DNA from: the human T2T-CHM13v2.0 reference genome, Homo sapiens
Assembly (NCBI RefSeq): GCF_009914755.1
Contig: NC_060931.1
Reading direction: 5' to 3' (one strand)
DNA: 64,000 bases
The notes below the pieces were generated by a model. It saw nothing but the letters and a program-made list of their open reading frames with translations. It ran no database searches and was not told where the DNA came from. This document shows, piece after piece, positions 14,236 through 28,461 of this stretch; positions within the stretch are counted from its first letter, which is position 1; every line of letters starts with the position of its first letter. A program made the translations under genes and the position numbers.

Positions 14236-17200
14236 GTCGCCAGACGATCCCACAATTTTCTCTGTTGTGGATCTAGGACCTCAGCTGTACAGGGGAAAGC
14301 TGTGGTCATTTGCTATTAATTAGCTCAGCATCCATGGCTCTTTTAATGGGAGCCGTTGGTGTTCTGCCATCAGATGTAGGTAGTCCTTTAAAGCTGCTTC
14401 TTGCATCAGGATCTTCCAATGTGTTCTGATGGAAGAAACAAATTTGAAGACCTCACCAGGAGTGCCAATGGCCTGAGCTTCCACAAGCTCATGATATATG
14501 TGCTTTTGGAGGGTTCAAACATGCTCACCGGAGTCCCGCCCTTGATTTGGCCTGTTCAGAGAGAAACCAAGCCCTGGTTAGCCACTAAGAACCAAGGATG
14601 TCCGAAACAGTATTCCCTTACTAGGTTTGAACACCTATCTTCTCCTCAAGTTGAGCCTCCCCAGCGTGGAGTTTTGGAGACCTGCATTCTGTATTTCTTT
14701 ATTATTCATCACAGTGCTATTTACTAAGACCTAATATGTAATAAGCATAATGTAAGGCCAGGGATAGAGAAATGGGTAAGCCATGACCTCTGCCCTGGAG
14801 AAACATGTTCTGTAGTTTGGAGACAGGCCTGGGAACAGCTCGTTCTATTGCAAGGGGTATGCACAGAGGAAGGTGCCTTTCCCTCTGCCTGTGAGATATT
14901 GGGCTGGTGTTTTTCTGGTGGACCAAGGTAGGGTGGGGATTCTGGGCAGCAGGAACAGCATGTACAAAGGCACAGAAGCATGCAAGAATGATACGTTGGT
15001 TGGATTGAGCCAATTTCATTTCTCAGCTATTCAACCCATGTCTCATAAATCTAAGGATTCACTGGAAAATGTGAGGGGCTGACATCAGACTCTGCAGAGC
15101 AGTCCAGAAGTCCTATGTTTACGTGGCCAGGACTACTGCCTTTTGCTGTGCCCATCCCTGGTGTCCATCCCACCACCATCAACCCATGAGAACAGAATAT
15201 AGTGACAGAATTAACTCTGATCAGAATATGAGTAATGATTAATATTGCTATTTTGATCTGCCTCATCTGCTCCCTTCCCCAGCCCCAAGTGCTTGGGAAC
15301 TCCCCTTCTTCTCCTACCATGCCCTCCTTCAAGGCTAACTGTTGACAATTCAATGTGGATTTAAGCCCTTATGTTCCGCCACTCAGAGCTATTGTTCTGT
15401 GAAATGAAAGTCTGCATATCCTTCCACAGGAGCTTCGGGGACCAAGGCATAAATGTGAGGGATGTTCTAGATAAGTGCCACCTTATATCCCCAACCTGCA
15501 ACTCTGGTAAATCATGAATCTGGAGGGCAATGTCTATGGCAGCTTTGGAGTGCAGAAGGTCTAGGAGGGACCCTGGAGAGGGGCAGTGGAGCACTTGAGA
15601 AATGCAGGGGACACTGTTGGTCGGGACTCAGGGACAAGGAGTAGTTTTCACATTTACTCAGGTGATTGACCTAAAATCTTATTACTATTTATGAAACACC
15701 AGCCATGCTGAAAATATTAAATTTCACCATAGGAACTCGCATAAAAAAATTTTAGCAGAAAATATGGGTATATGCAACGGAAAAATCTGGCCAGACTTGG
15801 GGCCTAAGGGTATTGAATTTAATCAAACATTTTAAGGCATATATTTAAATGATCATATTGTTTTTATTTTTGATCTATTAATTACTAAATTACTATACTG
15901 TACCACTGACTGTGAGTTTTATAATAATAAATTTTTGCATATCTGAAATTAAATTTGTTTTTGTTATGATAGATAAGTAACTTTGAGTATTCTGTCAAAC
16001 CCAACTTGCTAGTATCTTTAAAGGGATATTTGTACCTCTCCTTTTGGAGTGGAAACTCCAATAGGGTGAGGACTATTACACATTTGGCTTTGGTTCCTCT
16101 GGGATGTGTATAACTTCACGTCTGTTCTACATTCTCAAGCCTTTATACCTGTCTTATTATTATTTTTAAGGAGGGTTTTCTCAAGTTTCTTCTCCATATG
16201 ACTGCTGTAATGTTTTGCAAGCTCTACTATTTTTCTTGCCATCTTCAATTGGATTTAATTCTGCTACTGCATTTGGAATTTTCTTGCCTTTTTTTCTTGT
16301 TTCAGCCAACACTTTTGCACACCACCTTCATCTCAGCCCATTCTAATTTTATAGCTTCCTGTTCCTGTTTCATAAAAGCCACACCACACCCTTATTATTG
16401 CAGACAGCAGGAAGGTTTGTTTTAGTCCACAATTCTCTATTTTATCTACTAGAATAACACTTTAGAGCCGTGAATCATCAGGTAAAGTCTCACTTTCCCA
16501 TAATTTGTGGTACCTTTCTGTAGGCTCTTTATTGATTCTTTCTATTTCTTCATCCTTGAAAGAAAAGATTGTTATTTAAGCCTGGAATTTCCAGGAGCCC
16601 CCATCATTGCGTATTTAGCTCCTGGAACTTCCCTTCGAAGGTACACAGTTAAAAATCAGCCACTAACTCAATGTACAACACATGCAGGCCTTTGTTGTGA
16701 GTAATGCTGCTAGGTTGAAGTTAGATTTTCCTTGGTCCAACTATCAGGTTCTTTGGATAAGATACAGGTTTTATTCCTCTTGTGTACAGTTTAGAACATA
16801 AAAGATTACACCCCTTATCCAGAACTGTTCCCAGGGCTCTTCCTGACTCCACCCTGCTTCTGATGCTTCTCTTTAGGTATCTAAGTGAACCAAGATGCAA
16901 TGTGCTTCCTCCATTCCCCTCTGCTGTGTGGGAACTATGGCTTCTGGATGGATGAAGATAAAGCTGGTCTGAAGGCGTGGTGTGAGGGGGAGGGGATGGC
17001 AGGGGACATCTGCGGAAAGACAGGACTCTGGCACCTCTACCTAACTTGGAAGATATTGGAAGACAGACAGCCTGTTTTTCTAGTACTTGTCCCTGTGTCT
17101 CGAAGACAGGGGCATCAGCAGGAAGGTATTTAGGTTATTTCATATCTTCTCTTTTTGGATTTGGCAGTTTTAACTAAAGAAAGCATGCTCCAAAATTATT

Positions 17201-20200
17201 TCTCAATCCTTTCCTATTGGTATGGTAATTAATAGCAGTTCTCCCTAGAATTTAACATGTGGTCTTTGCTTATATTTTTAAAAATATCAGTACTTGCTTT
17301 TTGTTTGTCAGTTTATTTGTATTTACATGAGTTTTACACCAGCATTTCTGGGGAAAAGAGGGACATATCAGGCATCATAACACCAATTTAAAGCAGAAGT
17401 CCTTCCTCTAAATTTTAAATTCCATTGAATTTTAATTTTAACTTTTCTGGCTCAATGGCCATTGTAAATATACAAAATTGTACAGGGCTCTAACAAAGTG
17501 ATTGTTTTTAGGCCATTAAAGTACAAAAGACAATGTCCCTACACTAAATTCTCCCAACCTATTGCTCTTTACAAAACTGTTTATTTTTTCTCTCTCCTCC
17601 CTAACATGTGTGTGGGCCTATCGTGTCTTATGGGTTTCCTCTAGAACCACTATGGCCCTCTTAATGTGAAGACCCTACAGGACTCTTGCTATTTCTGAAA
17701 GAGGGATCATAAAATCTCATGTGGGAAGAAATTTTTGGAAAAGGTCTAATACAGGCACCAGCATTATCCTTTCTCACCCAGTGGTCAGTTGTCCTCTGCT
17801 GCAACACCTCCAGCGTGGGGAATTCTCTACCTCCTGGGGCCATCAATTCCATCTCTGTGGGGCTCCGATTGTTACAAAGTCCTTCCCTATATTGAGCTGA
17901 AATGTGTCTTTCCTTTGTTATCCTCTTATTGCTCCTGGTTCCTCCACATATGGACTCAGTGTGTTACCTCTTCCATGTGAGCACCTGCCAGACACGGGGA
18001 GGTTTTATGCTCCTCCCCTGCCCCAAGTTCTCCCTTCTCTGGGACAAACAAGTTCAGGTCCTTCAATTACTCCTGCAAATCTCTGTAATGACTTAGTTGT
18101 GTCATGAGACTCATGGGAGTTCTTTGTTCATTTAATGGGAAGCAAGAAGAAGTTATCCTAAGCACCAAAAGGTGGAAGCACCCAAAAAGATGCCCATCAA
18201 CTTGCTCTGGGTGTCATCAAAGGGCAAGACAGGACTTCCTAAATGAGATGGACAGGAAGCATTCCTGAGTAGCGCTGCTGTCCTCAATGAGATGAGATGG
18301 CCACTCACATTAGGTAAGGAAAGGAGAGTCCAATAAAAAGCCAATTCCAAAGGTGTGGCCAGGGTCAAAGGAAACCCCAAGGGAAGGTGCTGTCCTGGGG
18401 GCTGGTACTAATAGGATACCACCCCTAGGTCTGAAGGGGCAAGGGAGGCAGTGGTTACCGTAGAACACAGTACAAAGTTTATTGTTGGTCAAATGTTTCT
18501 ATTACCCTCATTAAAATATATGAGCATGGATAAAAATTCTGTAGCTTATATTTTGCACCCTTGCTTTTAGATATTAATTGGCATTTGTTAAAACTGCTAA
18601 GAACACTTTGGTTTTCATTAAGCATCAAGCAAGACATAAACAAAGTAATCAAGATGGCTGAAGTGGGAGCAGGAGTGGGGCTGCTTTTTGGGACATATTT
18701 TAAAGGGGCCTGTGAGCAAGGGCCAAGCACCCTCCCCCTGCTCATGGAGGTGGCGATTTTATGTCCCTGTTTGGCTCAGGTCTGAAGCACAGCCTGGCTG
18801 AGAGGCAGCTGGCACGGGCCCAGGCACGATTGCATGCCTGCCCCTGTGGGCCCCACTTCCAGCAGGTCACCCGGTCTGTGTTGTCACCTTGAAACATTCT
18901 AGAGAGCTGTGAGCTTCAGAAGGTGAGGCTCTGGGGGCTGGGCTGGGGGCAGGGAAGGCAGCCACGCAGGGTGGCTGGAGAGCTTTTGACAGCCCCTAGC
19001 AGAGCCCAGCATCCCATTCCCGACGACGTGAGCCCCCCAGGCAGGCGCCGAGTGGATAAGAGTGTAGACAGCGAGGCCGGCCTGTGACGCTTGCCAGCAC
19101 CTGCAGATAGCAGGCAAATAATTGGCACATGCTTAAAAAAAATTAAAAACCTCTTGGATGTGAGTATTTTCTAACAGCATCTGGCGGGAGTGCCCGGGAG
19201 GAATTTAATCAGCAAGAGTTGTTTAAATGGGGCTCCGCACAGGCCCCGGCCAGGCCCGCCATGAACTCGGCATCATGTGCCACCCCTGTCTGCTGAGAAC
19301 ATTCAATTTGTTAATTCTGCAGCTGGTGAGAGAGGTCAGATAGGAAAGTGACGATTGTTTTCTGACGTTCCAACCCCTGCTCACATCTTTCTAATTAATC
19401 CTTTTAGGAGCCACAGGAAGATTAAGAAGGAGAAAAGGTGAGGGAATCAAGTACCAGAGAAATTGATGGAAAGACAAGGCTGCTGCCCTTCTCTTCTCAA
19501 ATGGGATGGATGTGAGGAGCTGGGGGTGGGGAGAGAGAAAAAAAAATTGAGGACTGCTGCCTGCCACTCTTCTCGCTCAAAGGAAAATCATGCTCGGAAG
19601 ACATGGGACCCAAAAGGGCCACTGGATCTTCTCCTATGGTGCCTGTCTCTTTTAAACAGGAGGCAGCAGCCCCTCTCCTGGTCTCCATCACTCAGTCTTG
19701 GACCATCAGGAGCCACTGAGGCCTCCCAAGCAGAGTGGCAACTATGCTGGGTGGGAACGTGACCTGCTGTTAAAGGCCCACAGTCATTAGAATTCTGTAA
19801 GAACATACCCTGGTAGCCAGAGGGCCTGGTTTGGTGTCCGGACCCCAACATGTCACGTTGCTCTGCCTAGCTGTGTGAGATGGGGCTGGTGTGCAGCTGT
19901 CTTCTGCTGGTCCTTCTAGATTCATTTTTCCTCCTGCTCCACCTTTTTTCTGCCATAGAGGCAGACCTCTGAGGGCCTCATCCATGGGCTGGCTCCTGCC
20001 CTCCAAGTCCGGCTGGTGGGGATCCCAGTAGATAGGAGGGAGAAACAGCAAGAGGCTGCTGGAGGCTGGCTGGAACTGGGGCAGGGACGCTCGTGCGCTT
20101 CCCCGAAGTCTCTCTTTTTAGGTCCTTTGCTGCTGCTAGCCCCAGGTCCTTGCAGTACCCCTTCTGCTTCCCCCTACCCACCCATGGCATGTATTTAGTG

Positions 20201-20729
20201 CCTTTGTGCATAAACACCTCTCAAATTATCCTGATTGAGGGTACTTCTTTCCACTGAGACATCAACACTGGTACCTGATGGATAAGGCAAGTCTGAGTTT
20301 GCACCTGGCCCCTATTCACAGTAAGGATGTGAGAAAGTTACTTAACCTCTCTGAGCATGGCTTGACTCATCCCTAAGATGGGGATGGATGATACTGAATC
20401 ATAGCATTGTGATATAACCCGAACCAGGCACCTAATTAATACCCATTTCTTTGTTTATGAAAGTCTCAAGTTTAGGGGAAACAAAAAAAAAAGATCAGTA
20501 AAAGGTATAAAACAAAAGAATGCAATGAACACCAGAATCATCATCAAACCAAGACATTAAAATACTTTCCTGCCAGTGGGACCGCAGCCAAGTAGTGCTA
20601 TTTGATACAGCATCCCTCTGTCCTGGTCAGAGGAGAGCCCTGCTCAGAACTGACTATCCATGGCAAGCATTGAGTGTGGAGCACCCACTCCACAGCCCCC
20701 AGTCCTTTCGCTCATGCTCCAACATAGTC

Positions 20730-21150
20730 ATCCTGTAAATATTTGCTGAATCACCTTCTGTGTGCCTTGCCCTGTGCTAGGTCCTGGGGAACCATGGATC
20801 ACTCAGACACAGCACCAGACTTCAAGGTGCTCACAGCCACTTGGGGAAATGAGCCCTAAATTCCTAGCTTTGATCAAACAATAAAATGCCACCAGGCATA
20901 AAGGTGGGAATGATTAATTCTGCTATTGGCATACGTGTGTGCATGTGGGTGTGCTGGGAAGGGAGGTCTGGGAAGGCTCCTCCAAGGCCTTGAAAGATGA
21001 GACTTCTGAAAACAGAAGAGCTCAGTGGGCAGAGGGAACCGGACGTGCAAAGGCACGGAGGCAGGAGAGAACACAGAGAAATCTGCCAACAAGTCCCAGT
21101 GGCTGGAATATGGAGTCCAAAGTACTGATGGCAGCAGGGATTCCACTAGA
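20730..21150. mobile_element. L2 fragment
   Basis: aaatatttgctgaatcacct.ctgtgtgcc...tgcaaaggcacggaggcaggag L2 3' motifs. Confidence 0.7.
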
Positions 21151-22039
21151 AGTAAAGATCAGTTTGCGAGAGGGAAAGGACCCGAAAAGCACTCTGAGAA
21201 ATTTGGCTTTGATTCAGGAAGCAAAAAAGAAGTAGCAAGAATTCTTCATTCTGAGCGTTTTAGGGAGAAACGCTGGCACAATAAAGTGTGCAATTTTTGT
21301 AATCATCTGCCTTCTGATAGTAAGGCCCTATTCTCCTGGGTTGGCAGGAAATTTGTTCACAGCTATGTTTGAGACGACCCTCTTCCCAGCTCCCATCCAG
21401 GACCTTGTATGTTTTTGAGTCTTGCACAGACACAAGCCTCCAGGGGTCCCACAGAGCCATGTTCTCACAGTCCGGCCACCTCCCCAGGGGCTGCCATAGG
21501 GTGGGACTGGATCCCACACTATTTGTGCCATTCACTGACCAGAGACCTCTCCCCAGGATGGGGGTAAGCTTTCTCTTGTCCTTCTTTGACCCTTAGAATC
21601 CCTCTTTTCTCCACCTCCTCTACCCAATCTGCCATAAGCATTTACTGAACACAGGAGGAATCATAGACTTCCAGCAGTTTTTGTTTACGTGCTGCGTGCA
21701 AAAATTCCCCAAGGCAAGGAAATACAAGAGCCTAAGGACTCGTTTGGAATGTGCGAGAGGGCAAGCCCAGGGAGAGCTTCACAAATGAATATGTCCATGA
21801 AGCACACTGCCAGGCACACTTTCAAGGCTTTGATGTTATTACTACTAGGATAGTCCACATTCTGAGGCTGTCAAGTCATTATCTGGACAATGTCATCCCT
21901 CAAGGGCTTTTGGCAAAAGCTTTCAAATAACTGAAGTGACAGTAAGAATTTATAACATGAAATTTAGAATGAATTAATAGTCATCGCACCTAAAATATGT
22001 CTCTATCAGATCATGAACTTCTTCAGGGCAGAATATTCA

Positions 22040-22222
22040 TTGTAATGGTCTTAGGCTTTAGAGTTTAAATTTTCATCTCTAAGTTACAAGACCTTGGGCA
22101 CATTTTTTTGAATTCCCCAAGCCTCAGTTTTCTCATCAATGAAATGGGGCTATCCTTCTGGCATTGTGAGGATAACAGTACATAAAAGGGTCTGGCAGAG
22201 AAAGGCATCAAATAAATGCTGC
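22040..22222. mobile_element. MIR fragment
   Basis: accttgggca...gcctcagttttctcatc..tgaaatgggg...tgtgaggataa. Confidence 0.8.
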
Positions 22223-22929
22223 CTGGAAGGGTGGATGGATGGAAGGGCAGGTGGACAGACAGAAGGACATCTCAGCCCTTTGTTTTATTGTGGTCAGGCA
22301 GTACCAGCATCACATGCCTCAGTGTGTTATTTAAATATATGTTTTCGGTCATGACACCAGTGTGGGAACTTTGCACCTTGGAATAACATCTAAGCATTTT
22401 GTGAGCTCTCAGTCAAGTGTAAGAAAAAGAAACATAAAAAGAAACACTGAGGGTGCAGAGAGAAGAGGTGGGGGTTCAATTACCTCATTATCAGGTGTAA
22501 GGACAGCACATTCTTCCATTCATTAGCACCCACTTGTGCCTGCCAGGAGAAGGCCAATCAGCTGCCATTTGCTGGGGCTCCAACAGAAGAGGTGACCCCA
22601 GAGATAGAAGATTGGGTGCAGGTTGCAGAGGACCAAGGAAGAAATTGTGGACTTGGACTTCCTTAAAGATGCAAAGGTCTGGTCCCCAGGGGCCTTTGCA
22701 GGGTAGCCTGAAGAAGCTGGCATATCATTTGGGCCATTGTTAATCATAATAAAGGTGCTCTTGAGGGCAATGAGAAGTCACAGAAATGGCAGGAAAGTAA
22801 ATCTACCCAATGTGGTGGTGGACAAGTGGAGTAACTGTCCTGAGCAAGGAGTAGCAATCTCCAGGGCCCACGGCTGAGTGAGCAGAGCAGAAAAGGATTA
22901 AGATAGAGAGGGCTCCACCGTGACAAGCT

Positions 22930-23120
22930 GTGCAGCCTAAACACTGCACGGTACAGGTTATCAGGCTTTCCCTTTTTTCTGAAAAAAAGCATAAAATCTG
23001 GATATATATGCGAAATTTCCCAGGTTTAAGTGTTGGCTATGATTTCAAACATTTTCAAAACACCGTGTAGGTCAAACAAAGCACAAAGGCCATTGGTGAC
23101 TCTCAGGCTGCCAGTGTCTC
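22930..23120. mobile_element. hAT DNA transposon relic (MER45-like)
   Basis: aaatctgga..tatgcgaaatttccc...tgttggc...aacaccgtgtaggtcaaacaaa resembles the MER45 consensus as recalled. Confidence 0.45.
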
Positions 23121-23579
23121 AATCAAACGCCAAATCCAGGACATGAAGCAAGGGTGATGTCAAGGTCAAAGCCAGGGTCATTGTCGAAAATCACAGTGGA
23201 AGATGCCCTGCACCCACTGGAAAGAACTCCAGGGTCGGGAGCCAAGTTCAGAATGTAAAATGCACATGACATAATAGGTGATGGGGTTGTGAGAGGAGAT
23301 TTAGTGAAGAGCAACTTATTTCTGGTAGATCCTATCTTGGCATGAAGGTGTGTTCCAAGTGTACCTTTCTAGTCACCTTGCAGCCTGGGTCAAATTTATT
23401 GCCCTAATAGGGCAATGGATTACCATTTTGTAGATGGTAATAATGAAGTTGTGGAGTGATGACCATTTTTATATATGTAGATTTTACCATTTTTTTTATT
23501 TCCCAAGGATACATATTTAGAAGTAAAATTACTAGTGCATTTGATTTATGCTGTAAATTGATTTCCAAAAGGGCTGTAC

Positions 23580-23935
23580 CTTGTGTCAGAAATAGTGTTC
23601 ACTAAATACTTAATATACTCCCTTACATTTCTAACCTCCTTGTAATTAGTTTAGGGTCATGTGATTAGTTCTGGCCAATGGACTATGAGGGGAAATGACA
23701 CATGTCTAACATACACTTAAGAGAGGTGTTTCCATGCCTCCCTTCTACCTAGCAAAGCAGAACTAATAGCCATACATTAAGATAGTAGCATGGACCCCTG
23801 ACTCACCAGATGGAAGACAGCTACAACAAGCACCCAATGGGCTTTGCAAGAGTGAAAAATAAGCTTCTTTGTTATGCCACTGATATTTTTATGTTACTTG
23901 TTATAGCGGCATAGCCTAACTCATCATGATTAACA
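23580..23935 (+). mobile_element. Old MLT1-type LTR
   Basis: tcatgtgattagttctggccaatgg...aaataagctt..gttatgccactga...ttgttatagc. Confidence 0.6.
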
Positions 23936-24065
23936 TATATTGCTTTATAATACCATCAGTAATAAGTATAAATATCATTTACACTCTACCTTAGCATTTG
24001 GCACCACCATTAAAAACATTTATTTTTTAAAAAAAGAAAAAATAAAACACAAAATGTATGCATTT

Positions 24066-24128
24066 ACACACACACACACATACACACATATATATATATA
24101 CACATACATATATACACAGGTATATACA
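24066..24128. repeat. (CA)n/(TA)n compound microsatellite
   Basis: acacacacacaca tacacacatatatatatata cacatacatatatacac. Confidence 0.9.
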
Positions 24129-24360
24129 GCTATGGAAAAAGCTATTCATATTGCTAGGATAATTTTTCTACCACTGTGTAATGTCATTATCCAACACTCC
24201 AAAGACCCATTCTCTCCCTTACAGAGAAGGAAAATCAGGAGTGCTGTTATTAAACTTAAAGGGATTCAGACTTAAGGAAAAAAATCCACTGAGTTCTAAG
24301 ATTGTGACTACTTTTATATACCTAATTCTGGATTGTTTATAAAATTCTGAAGGAGGAACA

Positions 24361-24723
24361 TTTTTTAAATTTTATTTTATTTTATTTTAAGTGCAGGATG
24401 TGCAGGTTTGTTAAATAGGTAGACGTGTGCCATGGTAGTTTGCTGCACCTATCAACCCATTACCTAGGTATTAAGCCCAGCATGCAGTAGCTATTTATCC
24501 TGATGTTCTCCCTCCCCCTACCCCACCCCCCGACAGGCTCCAGTGTGCATTGTTCCGCTCCCTGTGTCCATATGTTCTCATTGTTCATCTCCCACTTACA
24601 AGTGAGGACATGTGGTGGTTTTTTTCCTATTCCTGTGTTAGTTTGCTGAGGATAATGGCTTCCAACTCCATCCATGTCCCTGTAAAGGACATGATCTCAT
24701 TCCTTTTTATGGCTGCATAGTAT
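24361..24723 (-). mobile_element. 5'-truncated L1PA 3' end (~360 bp)
   Basis: L1PA 3'UTR in antisense (gtgcaggtttgtt..., ccctgtgtccat..gttctcattgttca) with degenerate TSD tgaaggaggaacattttttaa / tgatggaggatatttttaa. Confidence 0.92.
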
Positions 24724-24829
24724 GATGGAGGATATTTTTAACATGGGTTAAATAAAACATTAATTATTCCTAAAATGAACAAAACTATTTATTTTAGCTT
24801 ATTTAAGGGATGAAGTAGTGTTCCTAAGT

Positions 24830-26100
24830 TTTATTTAATCTTTCATTTCTGAGATCATTTGCAAGGTTAAATATTTTTTATGTTTATTAATTAGTTGCAA
24901 TTCCTACTTTATAAATTATAAATTATTATTTGGTAATTGATGGAGTTTTTGATGTTTTCCATCATTAGATGAACACTTTATATAATAAAGATACTAAACT
25001 TTTCTCAATAAAATTTACTGACAATCTTTTCCAGTGTTTTTTGTCTTTATTTTGCATATCATTTTAATGGCAGTTGAGATTGTTTGCATAAAATCAATTG
25101 CAATTTTGACCTGTGAACTTCTTTCATTACTTTTAAATTTATAAATTCTTCCTCCACAAAAGCTCTGATAAATATTTAATTCAAATTTCCAATCTTTCCT
25201 AATATTTGATTTGAATTTATTTTGGTTTATAATAAAAATAATGGTCTAAGTAGCACTTTATTACAAAACGTTAATCTGTTATTTAACACATTGATAGGTA
25301 ATTTTGGTTCTTTTTCTAAATTATAATGTCTATTTTATGAACTACTCAATTTAAATATAAAAGCTTATTTCTATACAATCTATTCCATTCTATTGACATT
25401 GCTATCATTGAATCAGTGCCACAATTTTAAATTATTGTAACTTTACCAGTGTGACTTAATACCAGGAAGGTATTGCCCCTTGCTCCATACTCTCCTTTTT
25501 CAGAGTCATCTTTCATTTTCCTGATTTAGCTCTTTTGTCATGTAAGATTTCGAATTGTTTTGTCATGTTGCCTGCAAAACATCCTGTATATGTTTTATTG
25601 GAACTGCATCTTGCCAATCTATGAATGGGAAAGGATAAACTATTCATGATACATTATCTTTTATTTAAAAATATGGTATGTCTTGCCATTTATTCAAGTC
25701 ATCTTTTATATCTGTTTATAACCTTTTGTAATCTTATTTATATAGACTGAAGACTAAACAAATATACATTTAAATAATGATGTAAATTAACTACATGTAT
25801 TTAAAGGACAGAGAATTTAAGCAGTGTGGGGGACTCTGCCCATGGTCCACTTACGGAGCACATCCTGGAGTGAAATGAGAGATTATTCTCAGCATCTCTC
25901 ATGGTGTAGGCATCTCAGGGTGCTTGATGTGATATTGTGTTTATGTTGACTGTACAAGATTTCAGGTGAGAGCTCAGTTTGTGATTTAACTCCTATGTAA
26001 CATATAGTTTTATTTGGGTTCATAAGCATCTGTTGTAAGGTCTATTCCCATGCAGTTTATATTTCTTTGGTTGCTATTCTAAGTGAGATCCCTTCTCATA
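24830..26100 (-). mobile_element. Highly diverged L1M ORF2/3' fragment
   Basis: T-rich block with tctattccattc, cagtgccaca..ttttaa.ttattgta, ccatttattcaagtc antisense L1 motifs. Confidence 0.6.
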
Positions 26101-26793
26101 ATAGTCTCTTTCTCAGCAATTTTTACCTTTTCTCATTATAAGAGAAATTGCTGTTCTTTATATAAAATTATAAATACAGATATCAACAAGAAGACAAATT
26201 AAAAGCATTAGTTTAAAAAAATGACAAGACTAAGAAGCTTCAGGTATCATTTCCCCACAGAAACATTTAAAAAACAAAAAGCACCCAACTAAAATTTTGT
26301 GAGAGCTTTGGAAAATAGCCAAAAGTCAATGGCGACTAAACAAATGCCTGATCAAGAAAAAAAAACACATTAAAAACAGTTGGAAATTGTGTGATGTTTT
26401 TACTCACCCTAGTTCCCTCCTCTCCCCAGCATTGTGCAGTCTTGGTCTGGAGAAGATAGCAACCCAGTTCACAATTCCCTCTCTGGAACCAGGGAGTACA
26501 GAGCAGAAGTTACTTGAATGTTTTAACCTGTCTGGGGGCTGCTGCCAGCAGGGCTGCACCCTGTGTTGCCTAACTTGGAGCTCAGGTGGAAAAGTGGCAT
26601 AGCTTGGATCCGAGGCTAGGAAAAGTGGCCAAGAGTAGCAGGCATAGCTCATAAAACCTGCAGGGGGACTACAGACTTGCAGGTACCTGGGGCAAGAAAG
26701 TACAAATGGAGGCATACAATACATCACATAAGGCCTCTAAGAGAAATTAGGTGATACTCTTTGGAAAATTAAGACAGTGAAAATCAACTATGT

Positions 26794-27157
26794 TGATATG
26801 GTTTGGCTGTGTCTCCACCCAAATCTCATCTTGAATTGTAGCTCCCATAATTCCCACGTGTTGTGGGAGGGATCCAGTGGGAGATAATTGAATCATGGGG
26901 GCGGTTCCTCCATACCGTTCTCATGGTAGCAAATAAGTGTCACAAGATCTGATGGTTTTATAAGGGGAAACCCGTTTCACTTGGTTCTCACTTCTGTCTC
27001 TTGTCTGCTGCCATGTAAGACATGCCTTTCACCTTCTGCCATGATTGTGAGGCCTTCCCAACCATGTGGAACTGTGAGTCCATTAAACCTCTTTTTCTTT
27101 ATAAATTACCCAGTCTCGAGTATGTCATTATCAGCAGCATGAAAATGGACTAATACA
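26794..27157 (+). mobile_element. THE1B-like solo LTR inside the L1 5' region
   Basis: tgatatggtttggctgtgtc...aaaatggactaataca. Confidence 0.95.
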
Positions 27158-28141
27158 CATATACACAGGGAGACTGAAAAAGCCACACATTATGCTCAGA
27201 AAAAACCTGAGAGGACCTAAGCCTTCACCTTGGGCTGATTCCAAGGGTCAAATCATGCCCAGGTAATGAGTAGAGGAATGCCCTGGCACAGAGCCAATCT
27301 GCAAAGACTGTTAAAGGTGGCTGTTTTTCAACTGCCCAATTTTCAACAACAACAACAACAACAAAAAAAAAATCACAAAGTATACAAGGAAATAGAAAAA
27401 TATGACCCATTCAAAGGAACAAAATATACTTCTAGGAGCCATCCCTGAGGAAACACAGACATCAGACTTTCTAGACAAAGGCTTAAAAAATTTGTTCATA
27501 AATATGTTCAAAGAGCTCAAGGAAAACACAAGGAACTAAAAGAAATCAGAAAAATAATACATGAACAAAATAAGAATTTTAACAAAGAGATAGAAATTAT
27601 AAAAAGAACCAAAAAGAAATCCTGCATCTAAAATATATAATAACTGAATTAAAGAAGTCACTAGAGTAATTCAACAGCAAATTTGAGATGGCAATAAAAA
27701 ATAAAAATCAGCAAACTTGAAAATAGGACATTTGAAATTATCAAGTGTAAGCAGTTAAAAGCATTAAAAAGATGACAAGTGATCAAAGCCTAAGAGGACA
27801 CCATTAATGGGCCAACATTTACATTCTGGGATTCCAAAAAAAAGAAGAAGATAGAAAAAGGCAAAAATTATCTGAAGCAATAATGGCTGAAAACTACCCA
27901 AATTTGAGGAAAGACATCAATTTACAAATCCAAGAAGCCCAATAAACACCAAGTATCATAAACCCAAAGATACACAGAGACACATAATGAAACTCTTGAA
28001 AGCCAAAGACAGAGAATGAGAATCTTGAAAGCAGCAAGAGAAAAGTGACATGTCACACATAAAGAATCATCAATAAGATTATTAGCCAATTTCTCAGCAG
28101 AAACCTTGGAGGCCTGAAGGCAGTGGGATGATATAGATAAT

Positions 28142-28461
<320 letters not shown>

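Noticed and set aside
23398-23440. Adjacent short palindromes ATTGCCCTA-A-TAGGGCAAT and TTACCAT..ATGGTAA
   Set aside because: Short and compatible with chance; no supporting element
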